From the NCBI RefSeq assembly GCF_964213995.1, contig NC_135811.1, positions 99,820,001 to 99,884,000 of the forward strand: a stretch of DNA of 64,000 nt, read 5' to 3'. A program made the position numbers and the translations under genes. How positions within the stretch are numbered: the first letter of the stretch is position 1; the number at the start of each line of letters is the position of its first letter. Of the stretch, positions 37,634 to 50,056 are shown piece after piece. Origin of the DNA: Mustelus asterias. Lineage: Eukaryota. The notes under the pieces were generated by a model, which saw nothing but the letters and a program-made list of their open reading frames with translations, was not told the DNA's origin and searched no databases.

Positions 37634-40012
37634 AGATCCACCAAATCTGGAGCCTGTTGAAAATTCAGGATCAGACAAAGTTCTGACTTGAACCCTCCTA
37701 TAACTCCTATGCTATCTGAGGCTGTTGAGGAAAGCAACACCTCAGAGACAATGGATGGGAGGCTGGTTTGCGTGACGGACTGGGCTACATGCATCTTCTG
37801 GAATGCTTTTAATTCCGAGAATCAGTAAAGATCAGGATAGATTTTTATTTGTTGTGCAGTAATTTGAGGGCTTTTGAGGAAAGCAACACCTCAGAGACAA
37901 CCTCTAGTTTATCCATCTACACTGGTTAAACCAACCACTGATGACGTCAATACAAAGGCGCCAGAGGTTCCCATCAGCGTGAAGAAGAAGATGCCAGAGG
38001 TTCTGCATCAACCATTCTGAGAGTGACAACCTCCAGACTATCTGACTTATTAAACGGACTGACGCATTGACTACTGTTTATATTGAAATTGTTTAGAGCT
38101 TGTTTGGGAACATTCAATTTAAGGGGTGAGGAAATGTTATGTATTTGTGTTTATTCCTATTGGCTTTCTGGAACCAAGCTGTATTAATGTATGCACTGGA
38201 AATGATGTAATAGACCTAGTACGAGAAACAAAGAGAGATGCAGCAGCCATGGAAGACATCACTCACCATTAGTAAAGCTCTGTTCATAACCAGAGTCTGC
38301 CCCACATATCATCTCTCTAATACACAACAGCGGTGGTGTACAGAAAGAAAAGAAAAGCAGCCGTCGGACCTAAGCGCCATCCAATAGCTGTAATAGGATG
38401 TGTTCGTGTATAGGACCAGATTGCATTCCAGTGTGAGACCTGTAATGATTGAATACCCTGCTGACACTGGACTTACACAGGAAGAAGCATATCTGGACAG
38501 AATCTAGAGAGGCTGCTGATGCCCTGAGGCCATACCCATGTTTAATTCAGAAAAGAAATAGGTAAATTTGCAAGAAATAATTATGCCGTGTGAGATTAAA
38601 CATTATATTACCAAAAAAAATCAACACTCTGATGGCTATATTTTCTGTTGCTGTACATGTTTAGGTGGGAAGTATGGTGCAGATTCATTAGAGTCTAACC
38701 ATTTTGTAAATATGTGAGGTCTGAAGGGGCACTTTTTGACTTTATATGATGAACTGATTACTGACCGTCCACAATTAGTTGGGAAGGGGAGAAAGGTTTC
38801 TTTCTCAAGGAGTGATGCTATCTGAAAACAAACACACTTCTGTTTCACTGGCTTCCGCCTAGCTTCAGGCAGGTCAGAGAGCACTTCGATGTCAAGCCAG
38901 ATGGTTTTTAGAAGGCTGCGTTTGGTGGCAGCAGCCCACATCTCCCAAGTATTGAGGCACTGCAGAGAACAAGCACACAACTGTAACTCTGTGTTCTGGG
39001 TTTCCCCAGCGCAGCTGCAAGAGCTAAACTTTGAAACACAATTCCATCCATAGCATGGTGAGGCAACCACACAATCCTCTCTTGTGACAGACTGACATTA
39101 TCACACTGAGAACTGAATATCCCTTGAATTTTGCAAATTATGCATATGTGAATAATATGTGTGGTCACTGGCGAACGAGCGGCACCAGTCATTCACTAGC
39201 TTTGCGCTTGTTCATAGACTTCCTGTGAGCGTTTGCATGGCAAGTTCCTATCATCCAATCATTTAAAAAGCACAGCTACAGAGCAGCTGGGATCCTTGTA
39301 AACAGGGCAAGCAACTATGTATGTTCTTAACCAATTGGATTGAAGAATTGTTGATAAGCAGGGCAGAGTCTATACCAGAAATTATGGATAGAATATATAA
39401 CTTGGTATTAAGTTAGTTCCAGAAAACAAAATAGAGGGAAAGAAAGGGTTATGAAAAAGTTTTTTTTAAAAACCTCCAACAATGATTAAAATCTGAAGGA
39501 ATGAAATACCACACTTGTTAAAATTCATTTTCAGTGGTAGTAAGGTTGTTTGATAGTTAGTAAGACTTACAATGATAGTACAAGTTTGAGTACTTCGTTA
39601 TGGGAATGTCCTAACTGTTTCTGCTGAGTTCTTTGTGTCGGTAACTTGAGTAATCTCACACCATTCCATGTCTTTAAATGTTGAGTCCCTTAGCAAGGTA
39701 CTGGGATAGTGCAGCTTCGGGGGAACAGCACATCTTGTACAGTAAATTTGGATTTTCACGTTTAATTGCAGATGTGTGTGGTCATTGGAAGTTACTCTCT
39801 GATTTACTTGTTAATAATGGTGAACACAATTAGCCTCACTGCTATTTCTGCTGCAAAATCCAACCCAATATGATTGAACTAAAATTTACCCTCAGCTCTG
39901 TGAAATACTGTTTCCAGGGCTGTCCGTGCTTTTGTTTCTGTGGATCATGGAGGCTACATATAAAGTTTGAATCTGTGTTCCTCAATTCTATGAATAAGCA
40001 CAAATAAGAGTT

Positions 40013-40318
40013 TAAGTTTATTTATTAGTGTCACAAGTAGGCTTACATTAACACTGCAATGAAGTCACTGTAAAAATCCCCTAGTCGCCACACTCAGGCG
40101 CCTGTTCGGGTACACTGAGGGAGAATTTAGCATGGCCAATACACCTAACCAGCACGTCTTTCGGACTGTGGGAGGAAAGCGCAGCACCCAGAGGAAACCC
40201 AAGTAGACTCAGAGAAAACATGCAGACTCTGCACAGACAATGACCCAAGCTGGGAATCGAACCCGGGTCCCTGGCGATGTGAGGCAGCAGTGCTAACCAC
40301 TGTGCCACCATGCTGCCC
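40013..40318 (-). mobile_element. V-SINE, tail B
   Basis: Reverse complement of a full SINE. Confidence 0.9.
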
Positions 40319-41435
40319 ACAGTCTAAAGGGGCACTTTTTGACTTTATACAATGGACCGACTGCCCACAATTAGTTGGGAAGGAGAGAAAGGTTTTTCTC
40401 AAGGATTGATGCTATCAGAAAACAAACACTTAAGACTGAGTTGTATGAGCTTTGAATGTTGGATAACCAAGCTTGTTGCCACAGGGTAGACACAGATGTC
40501 TGTCTATCTTCTTAAGCATTTCAGGGGGTAACAAAATGAGGATACTCTCTATTCATATTACATTTGGCAGTCCAGTGGTGTAGCTCCCAAGTAACAATGG
40601 AGTATTTTGCGAGGTGAGGATAGGAGGACACGTGAAAATTAGGAGATCAACTTAAAATAAAAACAAAATGCTTCTTGTTTCCTCCATCCTGCGCTCCTCC
40701 ATCTCTTTTCATCATAATTGCATGCAAGGTAGTCCCCATCGGAAATCCCATAGCTTGTACTCAGAATTCCTTGCGTTGGGTTGAACCAAAAAAATCCCAC
40801 TGATCTCGGGGGCTGTCTGGCTGTCAAGAGATAAATTCAGGTACGAGACAGCAAAAAAAACACACGTTTTCTGTAACTCCAGTAATCTCTCTCTCGAAAT
40901 CTTATTGAAGCTTCAGCCTCCTAGGCACCACATTCCCACCAGCATCAATCCATGTTGGCAGTGGGTCTATTTTGTTCTATTAGCCTTATTAGAATGGGAA
41001 GCACCAGATATAGCGACTTCAACATCCATTGCTATGCATGTTAATATATGGTAATGAGGTACCAACAGCACCAGCAAGTGCATGGGAGATGTTAGATCGT
41101 TTCAGGAATAACAGCACAGCCATTGGAGGATCCAACCTCAGATTCCACTCACAGAAGTGACAGTACAGTGAGGTGGTGCCCAAGTGAATTTGGAGCTTGG
41201 CTTTTTACCCAGAAGATATTCTTTTAAAATTAGCCCGGGTGATGCATCTCATGTTGTATCTGTGGCTGGTAGGTCTATACAAAATTAACTTGGTGCCTAA
41301 AGGCACATCATAGAAGACCGCCTTCAATTCATCAGCAATTGACGCTAACTCTTGTTCAGAGAGGCCAAAGGAAGGCCAGAATGCCATCTTTCTAATTTTA
41401 GTGAAAACAGACTTGAGTAACAAATGGCGGAATGA

Positions 41436-41545
41436 ACCACAGCAATGTGGTTGACTCTCAACTGCCATCCAAGGGCAACTAGAGATGGACAATAAATGCT
41501 GGCCCAGCCAGCGACGCCCATGTCCCACGAATGAATTTTAAAAAG
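41436..41545 (+). mobile_element. Short retroposon 3' tail fragment
   Basis: Near-identical to 31617-31729. Confidence 0.7.
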
Positions 41546-42580
41546 TTATCTTTTTTTAACCTCAATCATCTTTTCCCTAAAACTATCAATTATAGACTGT
41601 GTGGCTAGTAAGAAAATAGAAAATACCATACCAGGAAATGTTCTCCTGAGGTAGCGCTGCAACAAATTGTTGGACCAGGGTAGAGGGAGCTTTATTCTAA
41701 CCATGACCAGGAGAGCCCACAATAGAATAAAACGTAGCACTTACTGAGAAAATCTTGTCCACTTTGTGAACCTGTTCTTATTGTAGAATCATAGAATCCC
41801 TATACTTCCTCACCAATGATTACTCTCAAACCTACATGACTCACCCTGTATCATTGACCATTCCTAACGTATTTCAGTCACATCTGGGAGTGCCCGACAG
41901 CAGAAGGTGTTGCCTGTGAGTGCCAAAGCAAATAACCGCTGCTGACTTACTCAAATCTTCAACCCAAAACACAGACAGTTGTTGGGTGCGGTGGACATGA
42001 CTGAGCAGGATCATGTTTGCTGCTGATGTGGCAGAAGGAAGATGGAAAAATAGGCTCATTTGAGGTGGCTTCAGCAATGAACGGCTGCCATTTCAGTGAA
42101 TGGGCTGAAGTGAGCTTGCGGATATCTGAAAACCGTGGCTGCATTTAGCAAGGGGATCTCATTTGAGGTCAGTTGGTTCACTGTGACATGGAGGATTAAT
42201 GTTGGGGTTTGAACACACAAGTCTGGTTGACTTTGTGATGTAGAGGGAGCTTTATTCTGTACCTAACCAGGCTAGATCTCACCAGGGAGTGGTTGATGCT
42301 TGTCCAATTTGTCTTCCATTCCACAGCACTAACATTACTCAACTTGATAAACACAAATTGCACACTCAAAGAGTAGTTATTTTGAGAAAATCACCTTTCA
42401 TGCTCCTCTTCCGAATATACCCTTTCAACACTGAGTACAGTGAATCCTCCTTGTTAATACCCGTGGCAGTGATCGTGAACAAGGGTGGGGCCTTTTGGGA
42501 TTAGGATAAATCAGTGGAACAATCAGCGTGAAAAGTCTGCTCGTGGTTTTTAAAACAGATCACTGGACTAGATATAGGTC

Positions 42581-42833
42581 ATGATGTGGAAATGCCGGCG
42601 TTGGACTGGGGTAAACACAGTAAGGAGTCTAACAACACCAGGTTAAAGTCCAACAGGTTTATTTGGTAGCAAACGCCACTAGCTTTTGGAGCGCTGCTCC
42701 TTCGTCAGATGGAGTGGAAATCTCTGTAGCAAGATTTCCACTCCATCTGACAAAGGAGCAACGCTCCGAAAGCTAGTGGCGTTTGCTACCAAATAAACCT
42801 GTTGGACTTTAACCTGGTGTTGTTAGACTCCTT
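42581..42833. mobile_element. Penelope-like element end in fold-back arrangement
   Basis: ~105-bp inverted arms (42619-42723/42732-42836), 8-nt spacer, 14-bp TSD ACTAGATATAGGTC at 42567-42580 and 42834-42847. Confidence 0.88.
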
Positions 42834-43620
42834 ACTAGATATAGGTCTCCATATCTGCACTCAAAGCAATTGTGTGGCAGGAAATGCAATCAAAAAATCT
42901 GAAAATAAAGGCTCAGCAGGTAAAACCAGCGATTGGCCCAAAAGCATTAGTAAATATGTCACCATGCGCTGAAAGATTCATAACAAACAGAGCTGTGAGC
43001 CCCACTTAATGTAATTGGCCGGTTCATTTAACAGAACTCATCTGATTGGATCCATATTTGTTACTTGAACTTGTTACGCTGAGATTTAACTGTGGATTTT
43101 TGTCTGGTTTATGACATAGATAGGGATATGTATTCTAAGCGAGCCAACATGTGTCATCTTTTTCTTAAATCAAAAAAACCTGATTCAAAGGCCTGTTATG
43201 TAAGATAGCTCCAGTCAGGTTGTGATCATTCAAGGCCAGTGAAACTGAAGGGTATTCACAGAGATAGGGAAAAAAGCCCAAAGAAAGTTAGAATTGCAGC
43301 TAAAAATAATTTGAATGGTAAGGTAAAAGCTTTAATGTTTTTGGTGGGTGTATGGAGGTGGGGGCTGCTCATACATCCAGCCTCTTGGTAATTGGCATAT
43401 TAATGTAAACACATATAATCTGCAGTTTCTTTCCATGGTTCTCTTGCTACAGAAATGTAAATGATTGTTCAGATTTCAATGTCATCTCCAAGTGTAGGTC
43501 GTCATGTCTGCATATAGCAATGAGTCACTAAAACATATTATGTTTCACCAAACAAAATATTTTGTCCTTTTTTTAAAAACTAAAAAAGATTTAAGGATCT
43601 ATTTTACGTGTTTCCATTTT

Positions 43621-43794
43621 TGACACACAGCTTCACATGCTTGAAGCACATACTGGGAATTTGGGTGCAGAGGTCAGCACTCCCTGTGAGATTTTCCATT
43701 CATTAATTTTAACAGACAGAAAATCCTGCTAGGCATGTTGACCTCTGCCTCTGAATTCCCAGTGTGCACCCTCAGCATGCGAAGCTGTGTGTCA
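43621..43794. repeat. Imperfect palindrome (MITE-like)
   Basis: TGACACACAGCTTCACATGCT...AGCATGCGAAGCTGTGTGTCA with inner paired blocks CTGGGAATT/AATTCCCAG and GCAGAGGTCA/TGACCTCTGC. Confidence 0.75.
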
Positions 43795-44879
43795 GGAGCG
43801 AAAATTCATAAGGTTTACCCTAAAGGATCTGCGCTGCGAATAGTGCATGTTCAGTAAGTACATTTATCAAGGTACTATACAATAAACTAGAACGGGAATG
43901 TGGGCCTATTATCTCTAATAACAATCCTCAACAATATGTGTCAAAGCCTCCTTTTATTGGATGCCAAAATGATGCAGCTTTCTTTTAAGAATCATTTTCA
44001 GGTCCTGCGCCTTGTTCTAATATTGCCATTAAAATTAAAAAAGAAATAACACTGCAACGAGCGAGTCTGCGGGGAGGATTGCATTATTCATCATGAAAGA
44101 ATGATCACCCAATCTCCTGACCCTTATATTATAAGATGGCGAATGTGCCTGAAAGTGCAATGCTTCTTGGGTAATTAGGGACCGTGTCCACTTTTGGTGG
44201 AACCATTTATCAGAAATATTGCATACTCACGCGGTGGAAGTAATATACTTTCAGGCATTTATCACGGTTAAATAGTCTTGTTAATTGGCTAAAATATTGT
44301 CACTGCAGCTACCCCACAGTTGGCTTTGTGTTTTTTTTCGGAAAACGCATTTTTAAAAACTGCATTTTTGTTAGCACATTGGAAAAACAAAGCAAATTAA
44401 GCAATATTCCAGTTGTATTTTCCTGAAAATTTAATGAATTCATCCAAAGACGTGCTTTTTGTAAATCACTTTCAGATGCAAGTTACATGTGAGTTATTAA
44501 ACTTTAATCTTGTAATGGGTGGTTGCAAGTTTGCAATCTAGGCTGCGTGGTCTATGTACATGGCAATTTCCAGCCAGTTTTTGGCTCTCTGTCATCCCAT
44601 GTGCAGCAGATTCAAGGACTTTATGTTACTTGTACTCGGAGAAAGGACTGTCTTTGCAGGTGATCTTGGGTGATAAGCTTTGCGATAGAAAGTTGGAAGC
44701 AAGTGGAAAACTTGACAATCTGATTCATAAACCAGACACCCCAGACCATTGCTAATTGACCAGTTATTCTGGAACCTGGAAGGAAAGACCTGGAAAGATT
44801 GTGCCTGCTCATTCCTGATAATCTACAAGTGCTTTCCCAATTAGTAGAATGGTCTTAGATGGACAAGTTTACCAGTGTG

Positions 44880-45130
44880 AATCACAGAATTGTGATGGTG
44901 CAGAGGAAAGCCATTCAGCCCATCATGTGAACACTGGCTCTCCAAATGAGCATTGTGACTGAGTGCCATTCCCCTGCCTTTTCCTGTAACCCTGAACATT
45001 GTTTCTATTCAAGTAATTGTCTAATACCCTCTTGAATACCTCGATTGAATCTATCTCTATCACACTCTCTGGTAGTGCATTCCAGACCGAATCCATTTCT
45101 CACATCACATTTGATTCTTTTGCAAATCAT
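44880..45130 (-). mobile_element. Degenerate CR1 3' fragment
   Basis: GAATCACAGAAT...GCCATTCAGCCCATC tail and reverse-complement ORF2 end. Confidence 0.6.
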
Positions 45131-45467
45131 TAAATCACAGATAGGCTGCATGATTTTTAAGCTATATATCTTAGTGTTCCACGCACACTTGATGATGCAA
45201 AAACCTTATCCAAGCCAACATGGACTCAGGTAAGTGGCAAGTACCCTCCATATTCAGCAAAGAGAAATTCTACATGTGGGATCTTAATAACATGATTTGT
45301 AGTCTCTTAAAAATGATAAGTTTCTGCTGGTGCTGTACACCCAGTTGATCAAAAAAAAGACTAGCTCCCTATTATGCCTCGGTAGCACAGTCTTGGTTAA
45401 ATATCTGTCTATATTCTGTTCAAATTATTATGACATTTTCCCTTGGAACTTAAAGAAAATACTGGCT

Positions 45468-46140
45468 TGTGGCAACGCAGGTGGAGAAGGTAGTCAAGAA
45501 GGCGTACGGCATGCTTGCCTTCATCAGCGGGGGCATTGAATTTAAAAATTGGCAAGTCATGTTGCAGCTTTATAGAACCTTAGTTAGGCCGCACTTGGGA
45601 TATAGTGTTCAATTCTGGTTGCCACACTACCAGAAAGATGTGGAAGCTTTGGAGAGGGTACAGAAAAGATTTACCAGGATGTTGCCTGGTATGGGGGGCA
45701 TTAGATATGAGGAGAGGTTGGAGAAACTTGGTTTATTCTCACTGGAATGACGGAGGTTGAGGGGCGACCTGATAGAAATCTACAAGGTTATCAGGGGCAT
45801 GGACAGAGTGGATAGTCAGAAGCTTTTTCCCAGGGTGGAAGAGTCAATTACTAGGGGGCATAGATTTAAGGTGCGAGGGGCAAGGTTTAAAGGAGATGTA
45901 CGAGGCAAGTTTTTTACACAGAGGGTGGTGGGTGCCTGGAACTTGCTGGCGGGGGAGGTAGTGGAAGCAGATACGATAGTGAGTTTTAAGGGGTGTCTGG
46001 ACAAATACATGAATAGGGTGGGAATAGAGGGATATGGTCCCCGGAAGGGTAAGGGATGTTAATTTAGTCGGGCAGCATGGTTGGTGCAGGCTTGGAGGGC
46101 CGAAGGGTCTGTTCCTATGCTGTAATTTTCTTTGTTCTTT
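45468..46140 (+). mobile_element. CR1 LINE, 5'-truncated
   Basis: VKKAYGMLAFI...LYRTLVRPHL...RGDLIEIYK...TRGHRFKV; tail TTCTTTGTTCTTT. Confidence 0.93.
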
Positions 46141-46177
46141 GAATGAAGTGACGGTTAACTCTAACCTGCACACTGTC

Positions 46178-48690
46178 CATAGAAACGTACATAGAAAATA
46201 TAAGCCAGGAGTAGGCCATTCAGCCCTTCGAGCCTGCTCTGCCATTCATTATGATCTTGGCTGATCATCAAATTCAATAGCCTGTTCCCATCTTCCCCCC
46301 ATATCCCTTGATCCCTTTAGCCCCAAGAGCTCTATCTACTTTCTTCTTGAAATCAGACAATGTTTTGGCCTCATCAACTTCCTGTGGTAGTGAATTCCAC
46401 ACATTCACCACTCTCTGGGTGAAGAAATTTCTCCTCGCCTCCATTTTAAAAGGTTTACCCCTTATCCTCAAACTATGACCCTTAGTTCTCGACTCCCCCA
46501 CCATCGGTAATATTCTTTCTGAATCTTCCCTGTCTAATCCTGTCAGAATTCTATGAGATCCCCTCTCACTCTTCTAAACTACAATGAATATAATCCTAAC
46601 TGACTTAGTCTCTCTTCATATGACAGACCTGCCATCCCAGGAATCAGCCTGGTAAACCTTCGATGCACTCCCTCTCTATCCTCAGATACGGACACCAAGA
46701 CAATATTCCAGGTGCTGCAGTAAAACGTCCCTATTCCTATACTCGAATCCTCTTGCTGTGAAGGTCAACATACCATTTGGCTTCTTTGCTTCCTGCTGTA
46801 CCTGCAGGCTTGCTTTCAGTGACTGATGCTGAGTATCCACGTCTCTCAATTTACACCTATTCAAATAATAATCTGCCGCCTTATTTTTGCTCACTTTTAT
46901 CCACGTTACCCTGCATCTGCCATGATATGCCCACTCACTCAGCCTGCCTAAAGCACGTTAAAGCATCTATGCATCCTCTTCAGAGCTCACCCTCCCACCC
47001 AACTTTGTATCATCTGCAAATTTGAAGATAAGGGGGCATTTCTCCCAGCCCGCTGCGCTGCTTTTGTAGCACAGTAGGAGACTGGAGCGGAGGCCGTTTC
47101 GTGGGCTCCCTGCTGGGTGCCACGGCCTCCGTGATTCTTTGGGCACTGGATTTCGGGCGTTGTCAGCTCTGTACCAGAAACCGGCGCGGAGCTGAATAAT
47201 TCATGCACATGTCCATTTAAATCCAATTAGCGGGCCCACGACTGAAATCTCTGGGCGCACTCACCTCCCCCCTCCTGCCGGGAGTGATTCACTCCAGCGG
47301 GGTTTAGTATAGCTCCCTGGAGTGGGGGGGCTAGTGTCCCAAACCCGCTGGAATGAAGAGGAGCCATCGAGGCCCTCCCCAGAGGGTCGGGGACTGGGGG
47401 GGCTGGTGCCCCTGGGCAGTGCCAGCCTGGCAGTGCCAGCCTGGGCCCCCGCCACTACCCAAAGGGCAAAGTGCCAATGTCCAGGGGGCACCTTGGCACT
47501 GCCACCGGGCATCAGCCAATGCCAAGGGGGTGTGGCCTGATGGGGGCAAGGCCTCTGTGGGGGGCGATTGGTGGGGGGTCCTGCTGCCATTCTGCATTTG
47601 GGCTGAGTGACAGAGGAAGGGAGGCCAGCAACTAGGGCTGGGCATCGGTGGCGGGGCTGCAGGGGGGGTGGATTGGGAGCAGGGGAGGAGAGATTGAGGT
47701 CGGGTGGGGGGTGGTGGCAGGGGTGGGGGGTTGAGGCAGTTGGGGTCCTAGCACAGATCCCTGCGGCACTCCGGTGGTCGCTGCCTGCCAATCGGAAAAA
47801 GACCCATTTATTCCAACTCTTTGCTACCTGTCTGCTATTCAGCTCTCTATCCATCTCAAGACACTACTCGCATTCTCATGCGCTTTAATTTTACACAGAA
47901 ATCTGCCAAGTGAAACTTTGTCAAAAGCCACCTGAAAGTCTAAGTAAACCATATCTATTGGTTCTCCCTGGTCAACTCTACGAGTTACCTCCTTGAAGAA
48001 TTCTAATAGATTTGTCTGGCATGATTTCCTTTTTGTAAATCCATGCTGACTTTATCTGATCATACCACTACTTTCCAAATGCTGTGCTATGAAATCCTTG
48101 ATACTGAACTCTAGCAACTTCCCCGTTTCCGATGTTAGGCTCCCTGGTTTATAGTTCCCTGTTTTCTCTCTACCTCCCTTTTTGAATAGCAGGCTTACAT
48201 TAGCTCCCCTCCAATCTGTAGGAACCAGTCCAGAGTCCAAAGAATTTGGAAAATGACCACCAATGGATGTACTATTTCTAGGGCCTCTTTCTTAAGTACC
48301 TTGGGATGAAGATCATCAGGAACTGGCGAGTTATCTGCCTCCAATCCCATCAATTTCCCCAAAATCATTTCTCCACTAATACTGATTTCCTTCAGCTCCT
48401 CACTAAAACTTGTGTTTCTCACAACTTCCGGTATATTATTCATGTCTTCCTTTGTGAAGACAGATTCAAAATGCAAATTTAGTTCCTCAGCTAATTCTTT
48501 GTTCCCTGTTATGAATTCCCACATTTCTGACTGTAAGGGGCCTTCATTTGCTTTTGTCAAACTTTTTCTCTTTACATACCTAAAGAAACTTGCTTTTATG
48601 TTCCACATTAGCTTACTTTTATTCTATACTTTCCCCTTCTTAAACAGCCCTTGGTCTGCTTTTGCTGAATTTTAAACTGCTTCCAATCCT
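46178..48690 (-). mobile_element. Degenerate CR1 LINE (ORF2), tail-to-tail with the previous copy, interrupted at ~47031-47795
   Basis: Minus strand: FFRYVKRK...LNLHFESVFTKED...LHPKVLK...VPTDWRGANVSLLFKKGGREKTGNYKP...RTKGHSLRIRG. Confidence 0.88.
47031..47795. mobile_element. GC-rich non-autonomous DNA transposon fragment nested in CR1
   Basis: Sharp GC-rich block starting GGGGCATTTCTCCC after TAA, with TGGCA/TGCCA mini-repeats; CR1 sequence lies on both sides. Confidence 0.55.
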
Positions 48691-48699
48691 CAGGTCGTA

Positions 48700-48995
48700 T
48701 TGGAGCAGGATTAGGCCATTCGGCCCACCGCCATTCAATCATGGCTGATAAGTTTCTCAGCCCCATTCTCCCGCCTTTTTCCTGTAACCATTGATCCCCT
48801 TACCATTCAAAAACCTCTGTCTTAAGCATACTCAATGACCTGACCTCCGAGCCTTCTGTGGCAATAGATTCCATAGATTCACCACCCTAGGGGGATTTTC
48901 ACAGTAACTTTATTGCAGTGTTAAGGTAAGCCTACTTGTGACACTAATAAATAAACTTTAAAAAACTCTGGCTGAAGAAATTCCTCCTCATCTCG
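48700..48995 (-). mobile_element. CR1 3' fragment with an orphan V-SINE tail B (48887-48963, + strand) inserted
   Basis: CR1 sequence ttcaccaccct...ctggctgaagaaattcctc is split by CTAGGGGGATTTTCACAGTAAC...AATAAACTTTA. Confidence 0.75.
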
Positions 48996-49788
48996 ATGTC
49001 TATTGTTATTTTCTATTGCTTTTTCTTGCCAATTTCTATGCTTCTTCTTTGAACCTGACACTATCTCTAATTTCGCTTGTAAGCCATGGTTTGGCCACAG
49101 TTCCCTTTCCCAAATAGGAAGAAGCAACTTTGGAGTTCACCTATTCCTTCCTTGAACTCCTGCCAATACCTGTCCAGGTGTTGCAAGACCGTAAAAAGAA
49201 AGTGGCTTATTTGTTCCTGGATGAGCGCTTTAAACTTTGTTTGCGTACATAAAAGACAATTATTTAACAAATTAGCTATCCATTTGTGCGGCAGTAGTAG
49301 TTAAGTACTCCATCGTTTCAATGGCTTATTTCATTTTCGCCAAGTAAACATGAATTGAGGCAAAATTCTTGTCTGAACTAGCACGGCAGGTAAATTGTTA
49401 TTTCCTTTTGTATGAATATTTGCATTTTACGTTCTTCAGCTGGCTTCTCTTGTAAGCTGATCTCAAGCTGAAAGCAGAATCCATAAAATCCTGGCAAGAT
49501 TATTTAACCGCGAGCAAGCTAAAGTTTTCTAGACAAATATAGTACAACAGTATAAGCTGAGGAGAATCCTGGAGGTTCACATGGCAATCTTAACCACAAG
49601 AGCAAGTTGTGTTATTTTTAAAGTCACCTCAGCTCTTGAAATTGTCCTGCAGTCTGTTAACACATTTTTGGGCATCGGCTATATATCATATTTCAGAAGT
49701 CAAGCAATTTCTTTTAAAAAATTACTTTATAGTGTATGTTTGTTTTATCATTTTCCCTCTTAAGTTAAGAGGTGACACTATGCTTTGG

Positions 49789-50056
49789 ACTGCTGCCTCA
49801 CAGTGTCAGGAACCCGGGTTCGATTCCCGGCTTGGGTCACTGTGGGGAGTCTGCACGTTCTCCCCGTGTCTGTGTGGATTTTCTCTGGGTGCTCCGGTTT
49901 CGTCCCACAGACGAAAGACGCGCTGGTTAGGTGCTAAATTCTCCCTCAGTGAACCCAAACAGGCGCCAAAGTGTGGCGACTAGGGGGATTTTCACAGTAA
50001 CTTCATTGGGGTGTTAATGTAAGCCGACTTGTGATTATAAATAAACTTTTTACTTT
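49789..50056 (+). mobile_element. V-SINE, tail B, 5'-clipped
   Basis: ACTGCTGCCTCACAG through AATAAACTTT. Confidence 0.88.

Larger units (their letters stand above)
35035..38329 (+). mobile_element. Decayed Gypsy/Ty3 LTR retrotransposon with nested insertions
   Basis: LTRs 35035-35233 and 38135-38329 (TGTTATG...ACAACA), TSD GTGGT/GCGGT, polypurine tract AAGGGGTGAGGAAA before the 3' LTR, internal integrase remnant. Confidence 0.9.

Noticed and set aside
47261-47888. Long Pro/Gly-rich ORFs, also at 10272-10838
   Set aside because: They arise from GC-rich transposon inserts that are poor in stop codons; no recognisable domain or splice context.
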